Part shown: positions 42,871 through 54,930 of the stretch, piece by piece
How positions within the stretch are numbered: position 1 is the stretch's first letter
Layout: each line of letters starts with the position of its first letter
Origin: Nitrospirales bacterium
GTDB taxonomy: Bacteria; Nitrospirota; Nitrospiria; Nitrospirales; UBA8639
Assembly (NCBI GenBank): GCA_965203295.1
Contig: CBDBCZ010000009.1
Span: forward strand, 1 to 64,000
DNA: 64,000 bases
Direction: 5' to 3'
Notes under the pieces: generated by a model
Told to the model about the DNA's origin: nothing
The model's database searches: none
What the model saw: the letters and a program-made list of their open reading frames with translations, nothing else
Program-made: the position numbers and the translations under genes

Positions 42871-43273
42871 CCTAAATTTCTTGTGAGTAGATTGAAGTTT
42901 GTAAGGCGGGGCTCGAATTTGTCGGGTGAAAGTAGGCGTGGCGAATTTTTTTTGGAAAGTCAGGTGGTGAAAATGAGGGTTTTGGGGTGGTTGGATGCGT
43001 TCAGGGCTGTAAAACTGGCTTTGTAGCATTCCTGTGAAAAAGCATCCCTATGTTTGTAGCCTGTCCTCTGTAGGTACTGGTGGTGATGCCAGACTGTGGG
43101 TGGGGCTCTAGCAGATTCCAAAATTTCTCGTATTTTAAAACAACCCGAAATTGCGTTTTTGTGGATTATTTAGCAGGAGGTGTGGTTAGATGCAATCAAT
43201 TCGAGGTAGACTTTCATGTTATCAACAAAGCCGTCCATTTGATTCATGGATTCCAGGTGAGGCTCTTCCTACC
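42871..43273. mobile_element. Partial copy (one end) of the Kolobok-like element at 50477-51382
   Basis: Near-identical to 51033-51382; ends AGGTGAGGCTCTTCCTACC-TTTAA. Confidence 0.8.
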
Positions 43274-44386
43274 TTTAAAAGGTCATTTTAATTCAGCTAC
43301 TTATGTATGTATGGGGGTCACTATTTAGGAATGTTTTAAAACATTCCTAAATAGTGACCTCCATACATAATTTGTATCAATGATACATCGTCAACGCACA
43401 TATCGCCGGGTATGTGTTCTCTGGTTTGTTTACGCTACGTATTTGATACCAAGGATTAGTAAGGCACCTGGCACAGGAAAAATACACCCTGTTAACTTCG
43501 ATGTGTGTAGCTAAGCATAGCCTAATTTATCATGTAGCTTCTTATGTAACTATGGGAAAGACCGCAATTTTTCCCAGAGAAGTGAGTATGAGGTTATAGC
43601 ACTGGCAATCTGAGCTTGGCAGAACAATGCCACATACTCCTATGATCACCCGAGGGTTCAACTGCTCTCACCAAATACAGTCAACACTAGTTAGTTGCTT
43701 TCACTATTGGCTTCCTGCAGTAAAAACTGCATAGTCATGGCGGTGGTGGTGCGCAGCCACAACTGAGATACCCGTAGTTTGTTTAAAACAACCCTTTCAT
43801 TTTGCAGTGCACTGGAAGAGCAAGTACCCGAGCAGCTGAGGATGAGATGCGTGTAGCAACAACAGGAAATTTAAGAGCAAGAACCGGACTTCTGCATCAA
43901 GATGGACTTGCTGTTGAGGTTATTTCAATCTAACTCTTCTCTGAACATACCTATTATAAGTACTTTAATTGGACTTGTAACCAGCTACGTATCTCCCTTA
44001 ACTCCTCTATTTAGTTACATGATAAAAAAATGTTACCATGGTTTTTGTGGAGGGATCAAATTGACAGGTGCCTGCTCTTCTAGCCCACTCCTACCAATGT
44101 GACTTGTATTGCCTAGGATTGAAGCTATTGTAATCATAGTAGTTTTTAATTGGGGTAACATGACCCATATATATGTGTAAATGTTGTACCAGCCAACTAA
44201 CTGTGCATGTAAAAGTGCTCTTTCACTTTACAAGTATTCCCTAGAGCAGGTATCATACGGATAACTAAGACAGAGCTAGCCCGGATCGACCCCTGACCTC
44301 CTGGGACGTTCACTGATGAGCATTGAGACATGATGCATCATGACGTGTTTAGGCTATAAATTGCAGGTGTTTTAACGCTAACTTCA

Positions 44387-44433
44387 TTTTCGCCCTGAAG
44401 GAGACTAGAGCATCTAGTCGAAACATCAGCAAA
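44387..44433 (+). ncRNA. Degenerate minimal hammerhead ribozyme in a Penelope-like terminal repeat
   Basis: TTTTCGCC-CTGAAGGA-GACTAGA gca TCTAGTC-GAAAC-ATC-AGCAAA: perfect 7-bp stem II, core differs from CUGANGA. TATAAA upstream (44356) and AATAAA downstream. Confidence 0.65.
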
Positions 44434-45595
44434 GTTTCTTTCCGAAATAAAGTTTGTTATTAAGGTTAGGCATAATTTTACATGAATAAAACAAGTAAAG
44501 CAAAATTAGGTATGTATGAAGCAGGGGTCACAGTGACATGAATTTATTTCAGTACGACCCTTGTGTGAAACTGAAGGTACTTTCAGTGTCTGTGTAGAAA
44601 TAGAGTGGAAGATATTAAATGCTTGGTGATTGCATTAGGGTCAACCACACAATAGATCCTTGCATAATATAGTCAAGTACCAATTTACCAGATATATTGT
44701 TCCATTTACACAACGATGTTTGAGGTCCACCATGGGCATATGAAGCTTGTCATTGTGGCTTTTCCCATCTGGTACCATGTGTATATCCGGCTTAGTCTCA
44801 TGCACAGATCCGGTCCCTTAATTGCAGGGTGGTCTGGCAATATAGTTATTAGAGTAGTTTTGGCTGAACCAATCACATTGCATATAGTTAGCAGTGACGG
44901 TCATTTCCTACCCTGGTACTCTTGTGGCATGCTGATTACTTTTGCTGAGCCTTATAGCACCTTCTCATTGCACACTTAGAATCATAAACTGCTGATACCT
45001 AACTTTGATTGTGAATACTGTGAAAAGTATAATATATGCTATCATCTGTGTGCTCATGCATGCTTAGAGCTATGCCAATCGCGTTGCCCCAATCATTTCA
45101 TTTTACATGTATATATACCTCAATCTATTGTGTAACAGCATACCGTCTGTACAGCCTGCCCACTCAAAGTCATGTGGGTAGGATGGCAAGTACACTGATT
45201 AGTTACACCAGGAAATTCCTATACAATAGCAGTGGCAACGGTAGGTACAGTGTAAACAGGCTTATACATGAACATGTCCTGAGAAGGTTGGTTGTGAAAA
45301 ATAACTACTATTAATGCAGTCCAGGAGTAGTTTAAGTACTAGCTGCGTACATCAGAGGGCTATATTCCCTCTGTTGTACAGTGCATGTGGTCTATCTGTA
45401 TACCACTGTTTTTTTTTCTCCTACTCCTATTTCATTAACTAACTCTTTTTTGGCCTCATCTGTTTTTATTACCTTCTTTGCTCATATGCATAGTATTATC
45501 TGTGTTGTATTCCCTACACGTACATTTCTAAAAAAGCAATCCAGATGCCAAGACTCGTGTGACACGATCATACTTGTACGAGCTAATTAACAATG

Positions 45596-45711
<116 letters not shown>

Positions 45712-46571
45712 ATTTTTTGAGTGCCAGGGTAATATCTGGGTTGTACCATGCCTATGAAAACGGGTGAAGGTCCAAAGGCGGCAGGCAAGTCTGCGACAAT
45801 CTGTCCGCAGGAAATATGACCCGTTATTTCCATCGAATACTGTTAGCTGATTGGCCAGTTTGAGCTAGGTATGGTACAAATAATATAATCTGCTCTTAGC
45901 TTACAGTCAGCTTGTCAGTCCCTGGTACGTTTGTATGTAGGGAATCACAAGATCCTAACAGACATACCAGATATTAGTGGTCAGTTTGGTACTAGACTAC
46001 TAATGTACAATGAGCACACTGTTATACTTCCACTGTCTGAAATAATTTTGATTACGTACATTTGGTTGTTATTTTTCAGTGAAATGTCGCAATTCCGTCC
46101 TCCTGAGCAATCTACAAATGTAATTGCATTCCACTATATGGGTGCAGTTATTTTCATACTCCAAATGAACAATACTTGTACTGGACTGATTGGTACTTTG
46201 TAACCTACACTGTACTCAATATCGTTAACTGTTATCTACTAGCAAACGTATTTACAAAACCATTCTGCATCTTGACTTTGTTGCTTGAATGCTTGACAAA
46301 CATGGCAATGTACAACTAAGAGATATAACAGCTACACTAATAAAAAACTAATTAATACTGGAGTGGAAAACACAAACTTTAGTAAAAAGAAACAAGGGAC
46401 TGTAAATAAATATATTTAGTCAAGGGCCAGCCCAACCCATGACAGGGAAAAAACTTTGGTGCAATGTAAGAAAAAAAAAGAGTCAGCTAAAAAATCCTCA
46501 CCATAGAAAAACCCAAAATAAATCATGGCATTAAACTACTGTATACTAAATTAGTTACAATTCTGAAATAA

Positions 46572-47654
46572 TTATTGCACAAAGATCTCAATCAGTTGGA
46601 TGGGAGTGTCCTCATCACGAATCTGCTGATCAGCACATATTCTCACTTCAATATCGTCAGTTGTAGGCTCAGTTAAACTTTTGCAAAAGTAGGGTGGATC
46701 ATTCAGCTCGCAGCAAGTGCTTCCTGACCCACAGCCCTCTCCATCCCAGAGTGGGTCACCATCAGGGTAAAATACACCAGTAGCGCCACCGGTAATACCA
46801 GTTTCACAGAAGTAGTCCTGCCCCACGAAAGAAGGAATTTGTTGTGGACTTTGAGTATTGGTACAAGGACAGACATTTTCAACACCAGCCGACGAAAGTT
46901 CTGTGAGTGATGCAGCAAATGTCCAGACATGTTCTTTCTCTGTTCCATGTGTGATAACCACTCCTTCCACATAAGGGTCCTCTATTCTGGAATAGTGTGA
47001 GAAGGTGTAGGGTCTAAATGCACTTGGAGATCCAAACTCGTAGCCTATGATTCTACCACAAATGCGGGAAAATGAAATGTTGTATGTGCTGAAAGAGACT
47101 GAGCTACAGCCACCACCATATCGTACACCTTGCAGAGTTTCATTAGTTCTTCCACACGTTCTCACTGGCTCTGTGTATTCCCTCCATGCTGGTGGACACT
47201 GGTGGGTAGGGTCAGTCATGTTGAGGTAGGCCACACGAGACCATCCTCCAACACTAGCACTGCTACAACTACACTCCCTGGTCATGTCGCAATAGACCCG
47301 AACAGCTGTTCCATTAGAGCTGGTGATCCAGTAGTGCTCTGACGGGAGTTGAGGGTCGCACTGTGACACTTCAAGACAGGATGATGCGGGATTCTCCTGG
47401 ACTTGACCTGGACAGTGTACATCACTACGAACAATGTTCAAAATTTCTTCAGCAATTTCAGCTCTAGATCTGGCCATCTCCAGTTGCTCCTCAGGAGGAC
47501 AGACCTGCCCCCCTCCCTCCAGTACTGTAGCAGAGTAACTCACTGGTAGTGAGCTGTTGTCATGCTGGCTAGTCACACCTTCCTGGCATGAAGTGAGCTG
47601 AAGTTTAGCAGCTAGAACAAGTGCAAGAACTGAGTACAAAACTTTACTGCTCAT
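46572..47654 (-). CDS. Secreted Cys-rich protein with fibrinogen/intelectin-like N-terminal subdomain, 360 aa, intronless (paralog 1)
   Basis: Signal peptide MSSKVLYSVLALVLAA; PASSCLEV..PSEHYWI..VYCDM..GGWSRV; ends IEIFVQ*. Start chosen by homology to paralogs (GCTACAATG); TATA upstream. Confidence 0.85.
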   Translation of the reverse strand: MSSKVLYSVLALVLAAKLQLTSCQEGVTSQHDNSSLPVSYSATVLEGGGQVCPPEEQLEMARSRAEIAEEILNIVRSDVHCPGQVQENPASSCLEVSQCDPQLPSEHYWITSSNGTAVRVYCDMTRECSCSSASVGGWSRVAYLNMTDPTHQCPPAWREYTEPVRTCGRTNETLQGVRYGGGCSSVSFSTYNISFSRICGRIIGYEFGSPSAFRPYTFSHYSRIEDPYVEGVVITHGTEKEHVWTFAASLTELSSAGVENVCPCTNTQSPQQIPSFVGQDYFCETGITGGATGVFYPDGDPLWDGEGCGSGSTCCELNDPPYFCKSLTEPTTDDIEVRICADQQIRDEDTPIQLIEIFVQ

Positions 47655-47713
47655 TGTAGCTGAACTACGTGTCCAAAAGCATGAAACTGTAATCATTGTG
47701 ACTGGGATATACC

Positions 47714-47720
47714 TTATATA
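47714..47720 (-). promoter_or_regulatory. TATA box of paralog 1
   Basis: TATATAA ~60 nt upstream of the ATG, followed by CCCAGTCACA as in the other two full-length copies. Confidence 0.7.
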
Positions 47721-48346
47721 ATCTTGGAATGGGATATATAGTACAAAATTAAGTCACAGTCTGATATAGAGAGATGTTCAAATTAATAGCCTGGAACCTG
47801 GCTATATGTAAACAGCTAGATTACATTTCCTGTACGTGCACTAGCTGCCAGTGTTCGAGATCGTACAGATTAGTTGTGACTACTCTATGAGCTACATTGT
47901 AACTGTAGTAGGGATTACTATGGTAGCCTGCTACCTGACAGAGTGCGGTTGCCAACTGATGAGTCCCACCGCAATAGAAATAAGGGACGAAAGGTACCTC
48001 TTGGCTGTCTGATCCGTTGGTGGTAATGTGAGAACCTGTTCCGAATTAGCCAATTACTTGCTGTACCTTGTACATTATATGGTATCGGCTCTAGATCTGC
48101 ACCTACAAGCACAGACTACACTTGTAGGAGTACATGCAAATATAGTATTATGCAAGTACGAAATTAGGGAACTTAGTGATGTCGTTATGATGTTGTATCT
48201 TTCCCTAATTTCCCAGTTGATCGGGAACTTTCATGGCAAGATGGCAGGAAACTTCCATGATGGAGAATGCAGCCATCAGGATTACCAGAGGGTAGGGCAG
48301 ACATGCTCACACACATGCACAGTAATGTGTGTACAGACATACACAG

Positions 48347-48408
<62 letters not shown>

Positions 48409-48452
48409 CACAACACTCACACACAGCATACACTACAACTGGTGATGGTTAA

Positions 48453-48687
48453 ATAATGATTTCCAAGAACTGTAATTTAACATTGCATAGCTTGAAACAA
48501 ATTGGTGGGTATCTGGTGACTGATATATAATGATTTCCAAGAACCTTTTAATTGCTGGAAACAAATTGGTGGGCATCTGGTGGATGTTAAGTAATGGTTT
48601 CCAAGAAATGCAAATTGCTTAGCTTGAAACAAATTGGTGGGTGTCTGGTGACTGCTATGTAATGATTTCCAAGAACTATTAATTGCT
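48453..48687. repeat. Minisatellite, ~64-74-bp unit, ~3.5 copies
   Basis: AATG(A/G)TTTCCAAGAA starts at ~48455, 48529, 48593 and 48661; the first three units continue ...GAAACAAATTGGTGGG. Confidence 0.85.
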
Positions 48688-48969
48688 AGAATCTTCCTTC
48701 TACTCTACTCTCTATGCCCTTAGCAACTAGTGCCCAGGAAAACAGAGAGAGGCCAGACTACACTGTACTGAAAACAAACTCCAGACCATAGGGGTAGCCA
48801 GGCATGAGTGAAAGAAAGCAGCAGATACCACAGGGCAGAGGGAGATCATGCAGGCTCATTGTCCCATTGTTCAAGTTTCATACACACTTGGTTACCTTGC
48901 ATGGCTACATCATATTTCCATTGATAATGCACACACACACTCGCCCCACAATCCTGCATTAACCTAGTA

Positions 48970-49071
48970 CAATGAAACCCCTCTTAAAGGACATCCCTGA
49001 AATAAGGACACCTCTCTATACAGGACACTTCACAAGGTCCCCAAGGTGTCCACATTAGAGTGGTTCCAATG
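48970..49071. mobile_element. ~100-bp pogo/Tigger-type MITE
   Basis: TA-CAATGAAACCCCTCT ... AGAGTGGTTCCAATG-TA with internal AGGACAC repeats. Confidence 0.7.
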
Positions 49072-49914
49072 TATATAACTGCCTGAGTGCATGATTACTT
49101 CACTGTATTGTAAACCAGCATACAGCCAGCCCACTCAAAGCCATGTGGGTAGATGGGCAATGGCCTGATTAGCTATGTACAACAGGAAATTTTTATACAG
49201 TAGTCACGGCAACTACATGGTGCAATGTAAACAGAAGTTAGACTCATACTTGTCCAGAGGAGGTAGGATATGGTTTTCACCAGTAGGTTCATATTGGTGT
49301 AGAATTACCAATCTCAACATGTTCCCCAAAGATAAAGTTCATTGGACAGCTGATTAGCAACAGTTTTTTGCATCAGGACTATCCACCAATAATGGTGCAG
49401 GGGATATTGTATTGGTATGCATTTATAACCCCCAATTGTTTTGTATAATGTACCCTGTTGTTACCATGGTTATTGTGTAGGAATTTGCTGTTGTTGCTAT
49501 CCCATCCTCAGTGCCCACTCACCCCTCAATGCCCTCCATTCACCCCATACTCAGCTACATGTGTGAAGGGAGTGGATCAAAAATGCAGAAAGCACACGCT
49601 ATTAATTTACTCATTGCTAATGTTCTTTCCGCATTCCTGATTACTCCCTCCGGACACACACACAAAATGATGGCACCATGACCGTACACATGGTTCCTAG
49701 CCAGGAAAGCAGAGAGAGGCCTACTGAAAACAAACTCCAGACCATAAGGGTAGCCAGGCATAAGAAGCACCAGATACCACAGTGCAGAGGGAGATCATGC
49801 AGACCCATTGTCCCATTGTTCAAGCTTCATACACACTTGGTTACATTGGCTACATCATATTTCCATTGATAACGCACACACACACTCGCCCCACAATCCT
49901 GCATTAACCTAGTA

Positions 49915-50020
49915 CAATGAAACCCCTCTTAAAGGACCTCCCTGAAATAAGGACACCTCTCGATCTATACAGGACACTTCACAAGGTCCCCAAGTTGTCC
50001 ACATTAGAAGGGTTCCACTG
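49915..50020. mobile_element. Second copy of the same MITE, inside a local duplication (~48730-49200 vs ~49700-50165)
   Basis: Same sequence and same left flank (GCATTAACCTAGTA); ends GGTTCCACTG. Confidence 0.7.
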
Positions 50021-50476
50021 AATACAACTTCCCGAGAGCATGATTACTTCACTCTGTTGCAAACCAGCATACTACCCTGCACAGCCTGCCCACTCAAAGC
50101 TATATTATATTGTGGGTAGAATGGCAATGGCCTGATTAGCTACAATAGAAATTTTTTACAAGTAGTTGTGCTCGCTTCGCTTGCTCTGTACAGATAGAAA
50201 TGAAAAGTGTCACCTCCCTAACGTCTATGGAACTTGTATGGAGCATTTTGCATCTGCCAATGGCAAGCAATAGTACTGCTGACTGAGGCACATAGAGGTA
50301 GCTCCACATTCAGGCCTCAACTTTGCATTGACAATTGACTCCGTCATAGTGGTTAGAAAGTGCACACCATGATTTTGCCCTAGGAACCATGTCCTACCTC
50401 CTCTGGATGTATGGTATTGGTATGCACCTATGACTTTCAACTGTTCTGTATAATGAAACTCGTTATAATTTCTTAA

Positions 50477-51382
50477 GGTAGGAAAAGCCTCACCTTCGAA
50501 TCTGCGTGATTCTCCTCGTGAATAATTAATAAGATGACGTCACTTACGTTGTGCTGATTAGATTCATTGATATGTTTGCATTTTCCCATGGTGGCAACCG
50601 GAATCAACAGGAGGGGTATGTCACTTTGATGTGGATAGTGGCTCTTTCATTTGCGATATCGGCACTTTGATGTGGTTGAGCGGTACTCTGATGTTGGCTT
50701 TCAACACTCTTTTTATTTTTTTATTTTTTTTTAAAAAGAAGATATGACATCATAGAATTGTGAGTAGGCCTTTTATGGCAGAATAGCTAGCTAGTGTGTT
50801 GTAGAAAGTTTGTTAGGCTGCCCGAGTGGCTAGAAGTCAGCCAGACAGACGGATAGTGGCAGGTTGTTGCCCATCTCAGGTAGGCTAGAACAGTGACCTT
50901 TCGGGTCTGTGGGTCCCGCCCTTTTTCTAAATTGACTGTATTTGGCTAGCTGTGTGAAAATCTGTGGAGATTTATAGAGAGAGCTTTGGTGGGTGGTTCT
51001 CAGAAACCGAGGGGTGAATGAAAAATCCCATACCTAAATTTCTTGTGAGTAGATTGAAGTTTGTAAAGCGGGGCTCGAATTTGTCGGGTGAAAGTAGGCG
51101 GTGGCAAATTTTTTTTGGAAAGTCAGGTGGCGAAAATGAGGGTTTTGGGGTGGTTGGATGCGTTCAGGGCTGTAAAACTGGCTTTGCAGCATTCCTGTGA
51201 AAAAGCATTCCTATGTTTGTAGCCTGTCCTCTGTAGGTACTGGTGGTGATGCCAGACTGTGGGTGGGGCTCTAGCAGGAGGTGCGGTTAGATGCAAAATT
51301 TCTGTCAATTCGAGGTAGACTTTCATGTTATCAACAAAGCCGTCCATTTGAATCATGGATTCCAGGTGAGGCTCTTCCTACC
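50477..51382. mobile_element. Non-autonomous Kolobok-like DNA transposon, 906 bp
   Basis: TTAA-GGTAGGAAAAGCCTCACCT ... AGGTGAGGCTCTTCCTACC-TTAA: 19-bp TIR with one mismatch, TTAA TSD, purine-purine 5' end. Confidence 0.8.
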
Positions 51383-52110
51383 TTAAGTGTGAAAGTTTGG
51401 GAGCTATTCTCTCCCCATTCCATCCCATCTCATTCCATTCAACTAAAATTCTTCACAAAGCCATGGCAACAACTGGCTAATGATGATACAGTCCAGTAGT
51501 AGTTTAATTGCATGGCAATTAGCTATCTAGCTTCCATGCTCCAAATTCAACAGCTATAGTTGAACCAATGAGGCTACATTAATTAGGCATCATTACGGTT
51601 TTCCAGTTCTTGTGCACTCCTTGTTTGCCATAGCTGTACATCCTGTGGCTGCTTATGAGGAAACAAAAAATTCTTCACAAAAGCCATGGCAACAACTGGT
51701 TACCTGGTTACAGGTGCAAAGTACATGTGTGTTCAGAGGGTACAGGAGTATATAAGAATTAAATTACCTCATCAGAAAGACCATCTTGATGTAGAATTGC
51801 CAATCTCAACCTAAAGTCCATAAGAGTAACTCGTCGGAGAGCAGGTGCAGTTAATGTGCATCACAAGATTAGAGGACACAATCCATATAGGGGATAGTAT
51901 CTCACCAACTGGTCCACACTGAAATGACCTGCAGTTTATCACACCATCATTGGAGGAAAGTCCAGAATGTTGTTCATTGTACGTACCTCTCCATTGAGTT
52001 CTCTCTTGGGCTCAGAATTAGATGTTGCAGTCTCTGTGGACCTGCTGGTGATCTACTCCACAAAGCCGTGTCCAACCTCCTCTGGACACTAGTAGAACCT
52101 ACATGTAGTA

Positions 52111-52845
52111 CCGTATAGCCGGAAAATTTGGCGAAATCGCCAAAAACGGCTAAAATTAAATATTGGCGAAATTTAAATCTGGCGATTGTGTACGGCGAAG
52201 GCTATGACGTAATCCTAGGCGCACAACGTGCATTGCTGCGCTGCTGAACATGTAAAGTTCTTTGTCACTGAGGTTGAGAATGGAGACGTTTGAAGTAGAA
52301 AGCTGTGTTCGAGGCCATCATTTTTTTAAAGAGCTAAACTGCGTTCGTCAGCGAGGACCCGTATGCTGTGGCTGTGATGCGTATAAGCGCTGTTGTAGGC
52401 CTTTATACTATCTAGAAACTTTGAGAAGTGTGTAGCGGCCTTTGTCGCTCTGTTGTCGGCGGCATACTTTCGTACCCTTTCTTCTGGCGTGTAAGCATTA
52501 TACTTGCCTCGATGTGACTGTGACAGGCTTCGAGTCTCCAGATAGAGAGTGCTTCACAGCTTTGTTCGCAAGTTTGATATCCTTCCCGGACAGAAAGGAA
52601 TCTGCACACGCATGTGTAGTGTGAAGAACAACTCCTTCTTTTTGAAGTACTTGTACAACGCCATGAATCACTCTTTACGCGTGTATAGCTAGCAGCTAGC
52701 TGTAGAGATACATGTATGCGCACGTGGGTGTTACGTATTACATAATGCGTGAGAATTTACTTTGGCGAGAATTTAATTTGGCAATTTTTTACGATTCGCC
52801 AAACCGCCAAATTAAAGTCCTCGCCAAATTTTTCCGGCTATACGG
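52111..52845 (+). mobile_element. Non-autonomous TA-targeting DNA transposon with a decayed HIRAN-like coding remnant
   Basis: TA-CCGTATAGCCGGAAAATTTGGCGA ... TCGCCAAATTTTTCCGGCTATACGG-TA. From 52280: METFEVESCVRGHHFFK..ELNCVR, then EDPYAVAV..VVG in a shifted frame. Confidence 0.85.
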
Positions 52846-53231
52846 TATACTGTTTACATTGTACCCGGCTGTTGCCATGGCTACTGTATAATAATTTTCT
52901 GTTGCAGCTGATTAGGTAAGCTGTGCAGGTGGTATCCTTGTTCACAATACAGTGAAGTAATCATGCACTCAGGTGGTTGTGTATGAGGTGAATAGAGGGC
53001 ATTGTGGGGTGAGTGGGCATGTGTATGCAACCGAGATTTGATCTAGCCAATGTGGTCCATGTGCGGGATATGAGCCCATGTAACATTTAGCCAATCATCA
53101 TAGAGTACGGTAGTAGGCTCGTTCCCAGGCCTGTGAATTTTTTCAGTCACACAAAAATTGTCACAGGGCCTGGGATCTAGAGTCAGTTGCATGAGGCCAA
53201 GAGTAGAAGGGTAGTTTACATTTCCACAGTA

Positions 53232-53271
53232 ACAAATTTTGTAATTAACAATTGTTAATTACAAAATTTGT
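53232..53271. repeat. Perfect 40-bp AT-rich palindrome
   Basis: ACAAATTTTGTAATTAACAA|TTGTTAATTACAAAATTTGT. Confidence 0.95.
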
Positions 53272-53730
53272 AGCTGGGGAGTGTAAACTCCGCACTAGAA
53301 ACAGCTCATTGCTCAGTCACCACCAAGCAGTCAAAACAGGCTATTGCAATGAGCTGAACTAGCTACGATGTCATGATCTCCTCACACTGTAAAAATAAAT
53401 GGATTGCTTTAACCCAGCTAAGGCTACGTATCTCACTTGCAGGTTTATCCATGTGTACATGTAATTGTCTACAAGTACACATCATTTGTGTGCTAATAAT
53501 AACGAGAAACATGTGTTCTTGACGCATACACATTTGTAGCAACAGCAGGTTGCAAGGTAAACTACAGAATGGGCTGGGGAGATGGAGGAGTAATTCCACC
53601 AAATCCCTAGTTCATATGCATACTCCCAGTCTGATGGTCCACACTAATTGCATTCCTACTAAAATTAAACCTCTTCCTATTGCTACAGTAATACCGTCTA
53701 GTTCGTGAAGCAATAGCTAATGCACAATTT

Positions 53731-54318
53731 AAAAGCACTTTGCCAAAAAGTACAAAAACAAGTCGTGTAGGGATGCACTTCCACCAATGAAACAAGCGAC
53801 AATGCACACCGCAATGCATGTGCAGACTACCCACACATCATAGCGCAATGCATTTACCACGTAGCTACCATCCCTACATCTTTCCAACCACACCCACCAC
53901 AATCGTGTGTATGTGAGATGTGAATAGCGGTAGTGTAATTTGGTGTGTGTGTATTGCTAATGACTGGGTATGTTGGTGGTTGTGAAAGGTAGCTGAAAGT
54001 GTTGATTGTGTACATGTTGGACTAGTGAGTCATTGATGGTGGAGTTATATAGTGTTTGCATAGGGACTTTGGTAGTGTTTGGTTTTACGTGGTTGAGTGG
54101 TTTGAAGTTTTGTGAGTGTGTTGTGAGATGCTTGTATGTGCAGTTTTTTTGTAGGGAAGTCTTAGCCTCGTTCCCAGGCTCTCTGCCCAGCTTTTTTTCG
54201 CACTATGTGCGAAAAAAAGCTGGGCAGAAAGCCTGGGAACGAGGCTAGGGAAGTCTATGTGGGTGTGTTTGGTAAGTGTAGATTGAGTGTTGTCAACTTT
54301 GTTGAGTGTGTTGTATTG
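53731..54318. mobile_element. Second, partial copy of the 30000-30879 element
   Basis: 53733-53904 matches 30001-30185; the rest matches the reverse complement of ~30455-30738. Confidence 0.8.
54163..54247. mobile_element. 85-bp hairpin MITE with 9-bp TSD GGGAAGTCT
   Basis: TAGCCTCGTTCCCAGGCT...AGCCTGGGAACGAGGCTA; TSD at 54154-54162 and 54248-54256; empty site visible at ~30511-30528. Confidence 0.92.
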
Positions 54319-54930
54319 GGCTGCATTTATAATTTAATTGATTAAACATTGTTATAGTTGTTATAGTAAAAAAGTGTGCGATTACAGAAAGTGTGCAATT
54401 ATGGTAATAATCGCACACTTGTCTATAGGGGTAAATTTACTGTTACTAATATACCATGTGATTAAACATCGTAGTAGTTCCAGATACTGTACTACCGTGG
54501 CTACTACATATAATACGAATAGTAATTCCAGAACCACCAGACCCAACCCCCTCACAACAGTAGCCACCCCTCTCAAATGCTATGGAATTGTTACCCACCC
54601 AAGGATACCTATGACCAAATGTATTTACAAAAGCGCTTCCGCATCTTGACTTTAGAACTTTGTTGTTAAAAAAATCTGATAATGACAGACAAGAGAAACA
54701 GCTACACCAACAAATGGGTTAACACTAGAGTAGTAACTATCACAGACTGCAGTATAAACAAAGGGACCGTAAAAAAAAATATTGAGCCAAGGGCCAGCCC
54801 AACCCATGACAGGGAAAAAACTATGGTGCAATGTGAGGAAAAAAACTGAGACAGTTGAAAACCCTCACCATAGAAAAACCCAAAATAAAACATTACAACA
54901 AACTATTGTATGCTATCAACACTCAAATAA

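Noticed and set aside
50477..51382. piggyBac assignment because of the TTAA TSD
   Set aside because: The termini begin GG rather than CC(C/T), which fits Kolobok better.
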